A stretch of DNA of 27,500 bases from Pseudomonadota bacterium (GCA_034439715.1 JAWXAY010000024.1:1-27500), one strand, 5' to 3'; positions 8,304 to 17,537 are shown, counted from the stretch's first letter. Translations and numbers: made by a program. Notes: generated from the letters alone by a model not told the origin.

Positions 8304-9746
8304 CTAGGCCGCATCTTTTTTTGTGCAATAAAAAAGATTAATGCCGGTGCCCTCGTGCTCGACCGTCGAAGTGCCTTCGAGATGTGAGAAAAGGCCCTTC
8401 ATTTGCTCAATCGATCGATAAATCAGGTGCCAGTCCAACGCTATAGCCATAATAAATTTATTAGGATTGCCAGTATTAAAGTTGCCGATAATTAGCTCCC
8501 CACCCTTTTTTAAACTTTTAAAGAGGCTGGATCCCGCCATTTGAGCTACAGGATCTGTTAGATAATCAAAAAGACCTGCGCTATAAATAAGATCATACTT
8601 TTCATCAAGGCCACGAGTTATTACGTTCTTGATTGCTGAGTGTACCATCCTAATGTCGATTTTTAAACTGTGTTTATTGGCGAGGTTTCGAAGCGTCCGT
8701 TGGGTAAATTTTAATGCCGACTCATCTTGGTCAAGTAAATGAATAGAAATATTCTTATTAGCTAATAAATCTGAGTTCTCATTTATGATTTTTTGTATCT
8801 CCATGGCAGGACCACATGCTACGGATAGAATTTTCAAATCTTTGGTGGAATTTGTTTTGATGATATTGACTATTTTATCTTGCAAGTAATCTGCCCTATT
8901 CTTTACGGCAACGGCAGAGGGCTCGTTAACTAAATAGTAATGCAAACATTTTGCAAATAAGGACTCTCCAATCACTTCAGATCGATAGATCAGATTCATC
9001 ATTTCGTAATCACCCGCGTAGCCCAGCGGCTTGCTGTAGACCCTGTTGGCAAAGGGAGCCTCATAAATGAGTTTCCTCATGTTTTCGCGAAAAAATTTGA
9101 ATGAGGCAGATTTTTGTATTTCGTCGCAGCCTTGTAGCTGTTGAAACAGCCGGTCATAAACAGGCACAAAAAACTTAGTAAAGTAATTCGAGAAAAACTG
9201 GCAAATGGTCATTTCGTAGTTTCGATAATCCATGGCCGACGATTTGTTGGCCGATGTCTCTAGATCAGTGATTTTTTGCTTGAGGGATTCTAAGTAGTCT
9301 TTTGTTCGCCATACGCCTTCTCGAAATGGTACGGGCACTAGGTCAGAAATTTTGAGATCTTCTTCTAGTGATTTTATTATTTTAAAGCTTTCAAAAAGTG
9401 CGAATACCTGTTCGACGGGGACCGGCATACTTAAAACTTCAAACCCAACGATGTAGCCATCGTCTTCGGTGAGTTCATTTCTTACAGCCTTTAGATGGAG
9501 GCTTGCGATTTCGAATTGGTCTACCATGAAGGGGCATTCTTGATACTCGGAATTTGTAAACCATTGCGTCTTAGAATTTATGGCGAGCCCAAAGGCGCTA
9601 AAGTTTGAAACCACATGGCGCTGACCATCTATTTCAACGAAACAAGGAACATCATTTATATGGATTCTGTCTTGCCTTAAAATTTTTACTCGATTTTTTT
9701 CGGGCTCATTAATAAAAAAATCTTGATGGGCAGTTGCTAACTTCAT
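8304..9746 (-). CDS. PhcB-like class I SAM-dependent methyltransferase with PilZ-like N-terminus
   Basis: AAGGAG SD; KPLGYAGDYEMMN, LSVACGPAME, YSAGLFDYL, GGELIIGNF, LDWHLIYRS motifs; N-terminal RQDR...NFSAFGLA PilZ-like pattern. Confidence 0.8.
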   Translation of the reverse strand: MKLATAHQDFFINEPEKNRVKILRQDRIHINDVPCFVEIDGQRHVVSNFSAFGLAINSKTQWFTNSEYQECPFMVDQFEIASLHLKAVRNELTEDDGYIVGFEVLSMPVPVEQVFALFESFKIIKSLEEDLKISDLVPVPFREGVWRTKDYLESLKQKITDLETSANKSSAMDYRNYEMTICQFFSNYFTKFFVPVYDRLFQQLQGCDEIQKSASFKFFRENMRKLIYEAPFANRVYSKPLGYAGDYEMMNLIYRSEVIGESLFAKCLHYYLVNEPSAVAVKNRADYLQDKIVNIIKTNSTKDLKILSVACGPAMEIQKIINENSDLLANKNISIHLLDQDESALKFTQRTLRNLANKHSLKIDIRMVHSAIKNVITRGLDEKYDLIYSAGLFDYLTDPVAQMAGSSLFKSLKKGGELIIGNFNTGNPNKFIMAIALDWHLIYRSIEQMKGLFSHLEGTSTVEHEGTGINLFYCTKKDAA

Positions 9747-9781
9747 AGTTGCTCCTTAAAGTGAATTAATTCATCACCTTA

Positions 9782-9808
9782 CTATCGGCAAATTAACGAA
9801 ATCATTTA
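9782..9808 (-). promoter_or_regulatory. sigma-28 (FliA) promoter
   Basis: TAAA-N15-GCCGATAG vs consensus TAAA-N15-GCCGATAA, 35 nt upstream of the methyltransferase ATG. Confidence 0.75.
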
Positions 9809-9882
9809 GGAAAATGTAAATTATGCGACCGACAATTCGACCAAGGTCGAGACCGGAATGGCTCTTAATTTACCAAATAGAA

Positions 9883-10176
9883 TTAATAACTAAAAGGCTG
9901 AGGGCTAATGGCTTCTGGACCATGCCAATTGTCATAGTGATCGGTAGCTACGGGTAGAAGACAAAGGGTGCGGGCAATTTTTATGGCGTGCGCGACTGTT
10001 CGCTGTTGGGCCTGGCTCATTTTGCTAATTCGAGCTGGCACTACCTTGCCACCTTCCATTACGAAACGGCCTAAAGTTGTAGGATCTTTATAGTCAAATT
10101 TGAATTTTCCAGGGTATTCCTGGCGGTATTTTAAGCGTACACCTGATTTCTTGTTATCTTTTGCGATGGTAGACAT
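9883..10176 (-). CDS. rpsR: 30S ribosomal protein S18 (no zinc-ribbon Cys)
   Basis: ATG 10176 with AAGGAG; FDYKD..L.RF..EGGKV.PARI...QQR.VA.AIK.AR.L.LLP signature. Confidence 0.92.
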   Translation of the reverse strand: MSTIAKDNKKSGVRLKYRQEYPGKFKFDYKDPTTLGRFVMEGGKVVPARISKMSQAQQRTVAHAIKIARTLCLLPVATDHYDNWHGPEAISPQPFSY

Positions 10177-10337
10177 AGTACTCCTTGAAAAAGCCCTTAA
10201 AAAAACACAGCCAAATACGACAAAATTCGATTGCCAACAAGCGTCTGTTTCACCTATATCTACCATTTGCGCTTTTATTTCAATAGTTTTATTGGATTAC
10301 AGCTGCATTTACCACAGCACTACACCGGAGGATTTTA

Positions 10338-10640
10338 ATGGCCAAATGCGAACTATCAGGGCGCGGACCGACAGTAAAGAATCTAGTCAGCCATTCCAAC
10401 ATCAAAACTAAGTCCACGGCATTTCCAAATATTCAAAAAAAGAGCATTTTTAGTAGATCATTAGGATCTTCGGTAAAGCTTTCAATCTCAACTGCCACGC
10501 TGAAGAGCATTGAGCATTGTGGGGGGTTAGATAAGTTTATTCTTTCTCAGCCCGACATTAAACTTTCAAAAAGAGCCAAAACCGTCAGACAGCGAATTCG
10601 CAAAGTTCTTAACAGAAAAAGCAAAGGGAAGGCAAAATGA
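10338..10640 (+). CDS. rpmB: 50S ribosomal protein L28
   Basis: MAKCELSG...NLVSHSNIKTK...PNIQKK...GGLDKFIL; GGAGG SD. Confidence 0.93.
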   Translation: MAKCELSGRGPTVKNLVSHSNIKTKSTAFPNIQKKSIFSRSLGSSVKLSISTATLKSIEHCGGLDKFILSQPDIKLSKRAKTVRQRIRKVLNRKSKGKAK

Positions 10641-10957
10641 GCCGAAAATTTCCAAAATTGAAAATAAAAAAAGGTGCTACGGTTAAAGTCATTGCGGGCA
10701 GTGATCGGGGTCGCGAAGGTGCGGTACTAGAGATCAATCGCGATAAAATGAGAATTAAAGTCCAGGGAGTCGCCGTGAAGACTCACTTTGACAAAAAAGA
10801 TGGAATGAAAAAGCTTGAAGGTATGATTTCTTATTCAAATGTTGTCCTTGTAAAACAGGCAGAAAAGAAGGCGCCAGGTACTAAAAAGGGGCCCAAAGAG
10901 CCAAAGGCAACTAAAGGTAAGAAAAGTCAGGCTCAACCCTCAACCTATAACCGCTAG
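10637..10957 (+). CDS. rplX: 50S ribosomal protein L24-like KOW protein
   Basis: KIKKGATVKVIAGSDRGREGAVL KOW motif, EGMISYSNV; ATGA overlap with rpmB. Confidence 0.75.
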   Translation: MSRKFPKLKIKKGATVKVIAGSDRGREGAVLEINRDKMRIKVQGVAVKTHFDKKDGMKKLEGMISYSNVVLVKQAEKKAPGTKKGPKEPKATKGKKSQAQPSTYNR

Positions 10958-10958
10958 A

Positions 10959-11294
10959 TTGAGCGCAAACTTGTTAAATAAATCCCTTTTTTATTTCATT
11001 ATTGCCGTTGCCCCATTGGCTTTAGCCGAGGTCGCTGCAGCAAATGTTATTGTTTGCAAAAATCAAAAAATAGTACGCACCATTCGGGTCATTAAAGTGG
11101 ATGACGAGGCCAAAGAAAATAAGTGTGTCACCATGTATTCAAAAGGCGGCATTGATAAAATTGTGGGGGGCGGCAGAAGTCTTGTCACTTGCACGAGTGT
11201 AGCGGCCAACATCCGTATCAATCTCGAAAAGGCCGCTTGGCAATGTAAAGATATGGTTCCTGCGGGCATTGAGTCCCATTATAAGTTTGAATAA
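10959..11294 (+). CDS. Small secreted 4-Cys hypothetical protein
   Basis: Signal peptide and four Cys; co-oriented in the cluster. Confidence 0.7.
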   Translation: MSANLLNKSLFYFIIAVAPLALAEVAAANVIVCKNQKIVRTIRVIKVDDEAKENKCVTMYSKGGIDKIVGGGRSLVTCTSVAANIRINLEKAAWQCKDMVPAGIESHYKFE

Positions 11295-11300
11295 ATCACC

Positions 11301-12116
11301 ATGAACCCCACACTAAACGTCGTTGTCCTCCAAATGACTTCAGGGGACATCGTTGAAAAAAATATTGAGCAAGCCCTTAGTGTGTTGGGCCAGCCCTCCC
11401 TAAACAAAGTTGACCTTATCTCGTTACCAGAGAACTGTTTATTTTTAAGGGTCGAGGGTGAGGATAAAGTCAAAGGTTGGGACGCTACTTCGCCTTACTT
11501 TGAGCCTTTTAAAGACTTTGCTAAAAAAAACAATCTGTTTATTCACTTGGGTTCTATTCCCCTCAACAGAAATTCTCAAATCTATAATTCGAGTATTATC
11601 ATTGAGCCGACTGGTAATCTTGTTGCTGACTATTCAAAGATTCATTTATTTGATGTGGACGTGGACGGTGAGCGAAGTCACCGAGAGTCTATGACATTTG
11701 CGCACGGCGAACTCCCGACAGTAGTCGATATTAGAGGATGGAAGGTCGGCCTCACCATTTGTTATGATTTAAGGTTTAGTGAGTTATTCTTGCATTACGC
11801 GAAACAACCTGTGGATTTAATTTTAGTTCCTGCCGCGTTTACGGTACCTACAGGGCAGGCTCATTGGGAAATACTTTTAAGAGCCCGCGCTATCGAAGCG
11901 CAATGCTATGTTGCTGCAGCAGCCCAATCAGGAACACATGTGGGGCACAAAGGTGGAAAACGACAAACCTACGGTCATTCGGTAATAATTGACCCCTGGG
12001 GCACAAAATTGGTTGAAGCGCATGAGGGTTTAGGGATAATTAAAGCTGGGCTTGAAAAATCTGAGATTGAAAAAGTTCGTCGGCAGATTCCGATGAAGAA
12101 TCACCGCCGGCTTTAG
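11301..12116 (+). CDS. Carbon-nitrogen hydrolase (Nit1/deaminated glutathione amidase-like)
   Basis: E-K-C triad: LPEN, YSKIHLFDV, ICYDLRF; RARAIEAQCYV; TYGHS.IIDPWG. Confidence 0.92.
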   Translation: MNPTLNVVVLQMTSGDIVEKNIEQALSVLGQPSLNKVDLISLPENCLFLRVEGEDKVKGWDATSPYFEPFKDFAKKNNLFIHLGSIPLNRNSQIYNSSIIIEPTGNLVADYSKIHLFDVDVDGERSHRESMTFAHGELPTVVDIRGWKVGLTICYDLRFSELFLHYAKQPVDLILVPAAFTVPTGQAHWEILLRARAIEAQCYVAAAAQSGTHVGHKGGKRQTYGHSVIIDPWGTKLVEAHEGLGIIKAGLEKSEIEKVRRQIPMKNHRRL

Positions 12117-12147
12117 TGAGACTAGTTAGATAATGATTAGGTAGAAA

Positions 12148-12471
12148 ATGATTAGGCAGATAAGGCAAATATTGGATAAAAATATGAAAAAAGATATGAA
12201 AAAAAATCTATGTTTATTTTATTTATTGATGACTTTGATTTCTCCCATTTCAAGTGCAGCCACCGAGGACGCCGAGGATATTGATGCCGATCTATTAGTT
12301 CAGCCGGAATTACTCATTTTAAAGGATGAAGATCCCCTAAGGGTTAATCCGAACCTTAGTGCCCCCGAAAAGATTGTGAATTTGCGAGCCGTACAAAAAG
12401 AAGTTTTAAGTATCGCCTTGCCCGAAGAGTCACCCGAAGAAACCGAAGAACGCGCGCCGGTCGAAGAATAA
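12148..12471 (+). CDS. Acidic secreted hypothetical protein (start may be a later ATG)
   Basis: MKK-hydrophobic signal peptide and acidic body; stop 3 nt before next gene. Confidence 0.6.
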   Translation: MIRQIRQILDKNMKKDMKKNLCLFYLLMTLISPISSAATEDAEDIDADLLVQPELLILKDEDPLRVNPNLSAPEKIVNLRAVQKEVLSIALPEESPEETEERAPVEE

Positions 12472-12474
12472 AAT

Positions 12475-13599
12475 ATGCCCCAATTTATCGCCTTTACTGC
12501 CGAGGGTCTTGATGGTGTTTTAGAAAAAGAACTCCTGGACCTAGGTATTGTAGTTGTTCGAAAAATTACGGGCGGTGTCGTATTTGAGGGAGCTTGGGAA
12601 GACTGTTACCGAGCGAACCTTAATCTTCGCACAGCCTCAAGAGTCGCTCTCCCGGTGTTGGAATTTGAAGCCAGATCCCCAGAAGAGCTTTACGAGGGGG
12701 TTAAAAAGCACGACTTTACCCAGTACATAGAAGTGACAGGAACCGTGGCTGTGGACGCCTCAGTGCAAGAGAGCGTATTTCATGATCAAAGATTTTTTGC
12801 TCTCAAAATTAAAGATGCCATTGTTGATCAGTTTCGCGAAAAGTTTAACGAGCGGCCAAATGTCGAAAAAGACACACCTGATTTACGAATTATGGCTAAG
12901 GCCATAGGTAACAGAATGTTCCTGAGCATTGATACCTCGGGCGACCCACTATTTAAACGGGGTTACCGAAAAGAATCAACCGAAGCGCCTCTCAAAGAAA
13001 CTCTGGCCGCCGGGTTAATAAAACTTTCTGGCTGGGATGGCGTTACCAACATTATTGATCCGATGTGTGGATCGGGCACATTCTTAATTGAGGCAGCTTT
13101 GATGGCGACAAGTGTGGCGCCAGGTACATTGAGAAAGCGTTTTGCTTTTCAAAAGTTTAAGAATTTTGATAAAAATGTTTGGTCCCATTTGGTTCAGGCA
13201 GCTATGGACTTGGAAAAAGAAGAGATCACCGCGCAGTTTTTTGGTTATGACATTAACTCGAAAGCCATTAGTATCGCAAAGGCCACAGCTCGAGAAGCCG
13301 GGGTTGATCACCTCATTAAGTTTAGCCGCATAGATGCAAGAATGTTAACGCCCCCCATCGATAAGGGAATAATTATCGTCAATCCGCCATTTGGCGAGAG
13401 AATGGGACTTTCGGAACAACTTAAAGATGTCTACCGGGACCTGGGGCATACCTTAAGAACGAACTTTAAAGGCTGGGAATGTTTTTTACTCTCCGGAAAT
13501 GCAGAGCTTACACAAGAGCTAAAGTTAAAGGCCAACGAAAAACACAGAGTCATGAATGGGCCCATTCAGTGTCGATTTCTTAAATACCATATCAACTGA
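12475..13599 (+). CDS. THUMP-domain rRNA methyltransferase (RlmL/YpsC-like)
   Basis: THUMP N-terminus, LFKRGYR..EAPLKETLAAG, DPMCGSGTFLIEAA, NPPFGERM. Confidence 0.92.
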   Translation: MPQFIAFTAEGLDGVLEKELLDLGIVVVRKITGGVVFEGAWEDCYRANLNLRTASRVALPVLEFEARSPEELYEGVKKHDFTQYIEVTGTVAVDASVQESVFHDQRFFALKIKDAIVDQFREKFNERPNVEKDTPDLRIMAKAIGNRMFLSIDTSGDPLFKRGYRKESTEAPLKETLAAGLIKLSGWDGVTNIIDPMCGSGTFLIEAALMATSVAPGTLRKRFAFQKFKNFDKNVWSHLVQAAMDLEKEEITAQFFGYDINSKAISIAKATAREAGVDHLIKFSRIDARMLTPPIDKGIIIVNPPFGERMGLSEQLKDVYRDLGHTLRTNFKGWECFLLSGNAELTQELKLKANEKHRVMNGPIQCRFLKYHIN

Positions 13600-13782
13600 T
13601 TCCGAAACGGCCCGCTGAGCTATAGATAATATTAATACATTCAAAAACACAAACTAAGTGCTGTCCCGCATTTAATAATTAAGTCTAGTTTTTTCTGACT
13701 GCACTCGCTATATTTATTTGTGAGTGGCACAAAAAAATCTCGAAGCGTAAGCTGGTAAAGAAGAAAAAGAATAGGAGGTACA

Positions 13783-14970
13783 ATGAATATATTTAGAATC
13801 ATTTTAATTACCCTGTTGGCGTTGCCGGTTTCAGCCAAAGTGGATTCGGTTGGCTACTATATCATTGAAAAACAATTTCTGGTACTTGTACCTAATGCCA
13901 AAAACAAAGTGATCGAAGAGCTGGGCACAAAAGTTGTTGTTAAATTATCCGCCGATGAACGTGACAATCTTGTTGAAAAAATTCACGACGTTTCTAAGTT
14001 TTGCGGTGGAGTCATTGACGTTACCGAAGACTATAGTAAAAAACCCAAAGGATTTTTAAAAGAGTATACGAAGGCAGCGCCCGTGCGCTTATTCAAAGAA
14101 ACCTACTCAATAAATTTTGATAAACAAGTCAAAACGATTCTAGGAACCGTAAGTTCAGACCGTTTTGATCAGTATATTCGAAAGTTCATTGCCTTTCCAG
14201 ATCGCTATAGCAACTCTGAAAACGGCAAAAAGGCTCACGAGTTTTTACGGGACAGTATGAAAGAGATTGCTAAAAATCACAATCGTAGTGATGTGACCGT
14301 GATTGAAGTGGAGACAGGCACTGGCTATACACAAAACTCTATCGTCGTAAAAGTACCAGGTAAAAATAGCAGTTTGCCAGCCGTACTAATTGGTGGCCAC
14401 ATGGACACGTTGAGAAATAATAAACCCGGCGCCGACGACGATGCCTCCGGCACTGTGGCTGTTGCCGAGATTTACCAAAGCGTCCTTGACACCGGTTTAA
14501 AGTTTAATCGCGATATTTACTTTGTATATTACGCTGCCGAAGAAGTGGGTCTAGTTGGTTCTTCCTATGTGGCAAAAAAATTCCAAAAAGAGAATATCGA
14601 GCTCAGGGGAGTTCTGCAATTCGATATGATTGGATATAAATCTGAAGACGAAACAAACACCATTAGTTTTGTCGAGGATAACGTTGATGACTCATTGACT
14701 GATTTTGTAAAAAGCTTGGCTACCCATTATTTGGGCATTAATAAAAATGAAATGGGTAAGACCCTTTGTAATTACGAGTGTAGCGATCATGCTTCGTGGA
14801 ACCGTTTAGGTTATGCCACAGCCTTTCCATTTGAAGCAGGAATGGATACTATGAACCGTGACCTCCACACCGCGCGCGATACCATGGAAAAAGTGGATTT
14901 GAATCATGCTATCAAATTCATTAAACTCGGTGCCGCTTTTGTTGTTGAAATGGCAGAGCCAGTAAATTAG
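13783..14970 (+). CDS. Secreted M28 leucine aminopeptidase
   Basis: AGGAGG SD; signal and propeptide; GGHMDT, GADDDASG, AAEEVGLVGS, DMIGY, CSDHASW. Confidence 0.92.
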   Translation: MNIFRIILITLLALPVSAKVDSVGYYIIEKQFLVLVPNAKNKVIEELGTKVVVKLSADERDNLVEKIHDVSKFCGGVIDVTEDYSKKPKGFLKEYTKAAPVRLFKETYSINFDKQVKTILGTVSSDRFDQYIRKFIAFPDRYSNSENGKKAHEFLRDSMKEIAKNHNRSDVTVIEVETGTGYTQNSIVVKVPGKNSSLPAVLIGGHMDTLRNNKPGADDDASGTVAVAEIYQSVLDTGLKFNRDIYFVYYAAEEVGLVGSSYVAKKFQKENIELRGVLQFDMIGYKSEDETNTISFVEDNVDDSLTDFVKSLATHYLGINKNEMGKTLCNYECSDHASWNRLGYATAFPFEAGMDTMNRDLHTARDTMEKVDLNHAIKFIKLGAAFVVEMAEPVN

Positions 14971-14993
14971 CTAAGCTCGTAAAGAAGTTACCA

Positions 14994-15407
14994 GTGAATG
15001 TTAAAGTTCCAAATAATATTACAAAATCCTTTAAGTTAGCACTAGGGGCGCAGGCGAAAGCTTACTGCCCCTATTCGCGCTATAGTGTTGGTGCCGCAGT
15101 TGTTAGTCATAAGGGCAAGGTTTTTGTGGGCTGCAATGTTGAGAACGCCAGTTTTGGGGGAACCGTATGTGCCGAGCGGGTCGCCGTATTTAAGGCTGTC
15201 AGTGAGGGCCATGTTTGTTTAAAAGATGTGGTGGTGATCACAAACGAGAAAAAGCCAGCACCTCCCTGCGCACTGTGTTTACAAGTTCTGGCCGAGTTTT
15301 GTGGACCAGACACCAAAGTGTGGTTGGCTAACAAAAAGGGGATTGCCAAAGTTTTTACATTTAATGAACTCCTTCCCCATCCATTTGGACCCAGAAAGTT
15401 TAAGTAA
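14994..15407 (+). CDS. cdd: Cytidine deaminase, homotetrameric type
   Basis: AYCPYS.YSVGAA, GCNVENAS, CAER, PCALCLQ. Confidence 0.95.
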   Translation: MNVKVPNNITKSFKLALGAQAKAYCPYSRYSVGAAVVSHKGKVFVGCNVENASFGGTVCAERVAVFKAVSEGHVCLKDVVVITNEKKPAPPCALCLQVLAEFCGPDTKVWLANKKGIAKVFTFNELLPHPFGPRKFK

Positions 15408-15422
15408 TGGATATATTTAGAC

Positions 15423-16007
15423 TTGGATAGTTTAAGCGATTGGCTGCGCATGATTTATGGCCTACTTATGGGGACTTCAACGCCACTTATTCAGCCTGAA
15501 GAACGCGGCCTGGTAAAATTAGAGAAAATTAAAATTGATAATAATATGTGGGTTTTTAAAGGTGGCAGTGGCAATGGCTGTGTTTTGCGGTCTGGGTCAG
15601 AGTTATTGCTTGTAAATACAAACAGGGGCTCTGCCGCTGAAGAAATATATCATTTTTTACGTTCGGAATTCCCGGGATGTCAGGTTTCAAAAATAATTAA
15701 CACCCAATGCGGCGCTAATTTTTCCGGTGGTAACGACTTTTTTCCCGATTGTAAAGATATTACGGTGGGTGAGTATTCGCGCAGTTTTTTGGTGAATGAA
15801 ATGGGCGACCGCAAGTTGCCAACGGATGTGGTAACCGTCAGAAAACAAATTAGTTTTGGCGATGAGTTTTTGCATTTGATCCCACTCGGGGGTGGACCTC
15901 TTCTCGTTTTTTTGGTGAGTCGTAATATTTTATTAGGTGCTGACCCGAGGTTTGCGGATAAAATAAAAATTTTTATTAGTGAGATGAATCCTGTGGGGAT
16001 TTATTAG
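15423..16007 (+). CDS. Degenerate metallo-beta-lactamase-fold protein
   Basis: GGSGN...LLVNT...IINTQCGANFSGGN aligns by eye to MBL GGN...VDT...INTHxHxDHxGGN, with the ligands lost. Confidence 0.55.
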   Translation: MDSLSDWLRMIYGLLMGTSTPLIQPEERGLVKLEKIKIDNNMWVFKGGSGNGCVLRSGSELLLVNTNRGSAAEEIYHFLRSEFPGCQVSKIINTQCGANFSGGNDFFPDCKDITVGEYSRSFLVNEMGDRKLPTDVVTVRKQISFGDEFLHLIPLGGGPLLVFLVSRNILLGADPRFADKIKIFISEMNPVGIY

Positions 16008-16010
16008 TTA

Positions 16011-17537
16011 CTACTGAATCCTCGGAAACAAGGCCTCGGCTTTTCCCACAGCCGTACCCGGAGTCAGACGTGGCCAACCTTTAGCGCCATCCAATGTAAT
16101 GGGCTCACTCCAGCCTACAGATTCCAATAGCGACTGCATTTTTAGCGGCATAACAGGTGAAAGTAAAATTCCCGCAATACGAAGACATTCTAAAGAGGTG
16201 GCGAGAGACTCTCCAGCCGACTGTAAATCAGTCTTGGCTGCCTTCCAGGGCGCCATTTCTTCAAGATATTTATTGGCATCATTTAACATATCAATCACGT
16301 GCCCAATCGCGCGTTGAGGGGCCATGTTTAAAATTTCATCCTTCAGCTTATCTGCGACAAGCAGAGCGGTGGTTTTTAATTTTTTGGTTTCACTGTGAGA
16401 GAAATCTGACGCCGGGATTTTTCCGTCAAAGTATTTGGCGACCAGGTTAGTGCTGCGGCTTAAAAGATTTCCTAAATTATTTGCAAGTTCTGAGTTTATA
16501 CGACTCACAACGAGTTCTTGCGAAAACTGCGCATCATTGCCAAGATTGACGTCGCGAGTGAGGTAGTACCTGAGCGGCTCAACCCCAACAATAGCTTTGA
16601 CATCGAGCGGGCGAACGACTGGCCCTGCCGATTTACTTATTTTTTCGTTACTTTCTGTCAGCCACCAGCCATGGGCAAAGATCATTTTTGGCAGCGGTAT
16701 TTTAAGAGCTAAAAGCATTGTGGACCAATACACCGCGTGGGTAGTTAAAATATCCTTTCCCAAAAAGTGAATGGCCCCTGCGTCACACCACCATTTTTTA
16801 AAAAATTCTTCTTTGCCCTTTTGTTTAAAGCCCACACCTGTGGCGTAATTTAGTAAAGCATCAAACCAAACATAGGTCACATAATCTTTGTCGAATGGAA
16901 TTTCAACTCCCCAAGTAAGTCGTGATTTGGGTCGACTTATGCAAAGATCGTTGAGAGGCTGGCGCAAAAAACCCATGACCTCATTTTTTTTTGAATCAGG
17001 CTGAATAAATTTTGGATTTTTTTCGATATGATCAATCAGTTCCAGATGATATTTTGACATCTTAAAAAAATAATTTTTTTCTTTTAGTTTTACTACTTCG
17101 CGGCCGGTAGGACTTTTGCCATTTACTAAGTCTTTTTCTTGATAATAAATTTCATCAGAAACACAATACCAACCTTCATAGTCCTGCGAGTAGATTTCGC
17201 CCTTATCAAAAAGCTCCTGCAGACTGTCCTGCACCGCCTTTTTATGAAAGGCATCGGAAGTTCTAAAAAAAATGTCGTAACTGATTTCAAGTTCCTCCCA
17301 AATTCGCTTATAATTTTTTGACATTTCATCACAATGAACCTGGGGATCAATCCCGCGTTTTTTTGCGGCCTCAAAAACTTTCTGGCCGTGTTCATCGGTG
17401 CCTGTTAAAAACAAAGTATCGTGACCAAAAAGTTTATGATAGCGAATCAGCACATCGGCAATAATTGTAGCGTAGGCGTGGCCAATGTGGGGCGTGTCGT
17501 TTACATAGTAGAGGGGGGTCGTCAGGTAAAATTTCAA
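16011..17537 (-). CDS. metG: Methionine--tRNA ligase (short form)
   Basis: TTPLYYVN..PHIGHAY, TGTDEHGQK, YVWFDAL, KISKS; no C-terminal tRNA-binding domain. Confidence 0.97.
   Translation of the reverse strand: MKFYLTTPLYYVNDTPHIGHAYATIIADVLIRYHKLFGHDTLFLTGTDEHGQKVFEAAKKRGIDPQVHCDEMSKNYKRIWEELEISYDIFFRTSDAFHKKAVQDSLQELFDKGEIYSQDYEGWYCVSDEIYYQEKDLVNGKSPTGREVVKLKEKNYFFKMSKYHLELIDHIEKNPKFIQPDSKKNEVMGFLRQPLNDLCISRPKSRLTWGVEIPFDKDYVTYVWFDALLNYATGVGFKQKGKEEFFKKWWCDAGAIHFLGKDILTTHAVYWSTMLLALKIPLPKMIFAHGWWLTESNEKISKSAGPVVRPLDVKAIVGVEPLRYYLTRDVNLGNDAQFSQELVVSRINSELANNLGNLLSRSTNLVAKYFDGKIPASDFSHSETKKLKTTALLVADKLKDEILNMAPQRAIGHVIDMLNDANKYLEEMAPWKAAKTDLQSAGESLATSLECLRIAGILLSPVMPLKMQSLLESVGWSEPITLDGAKGWPRLTPGTAVGKAEALFPRIQ

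Noticed and set aside
13725..13742. TGGCAC as a sigma-54 promoter for the M28 gene
   Set aside because: No GC at the -12 position.
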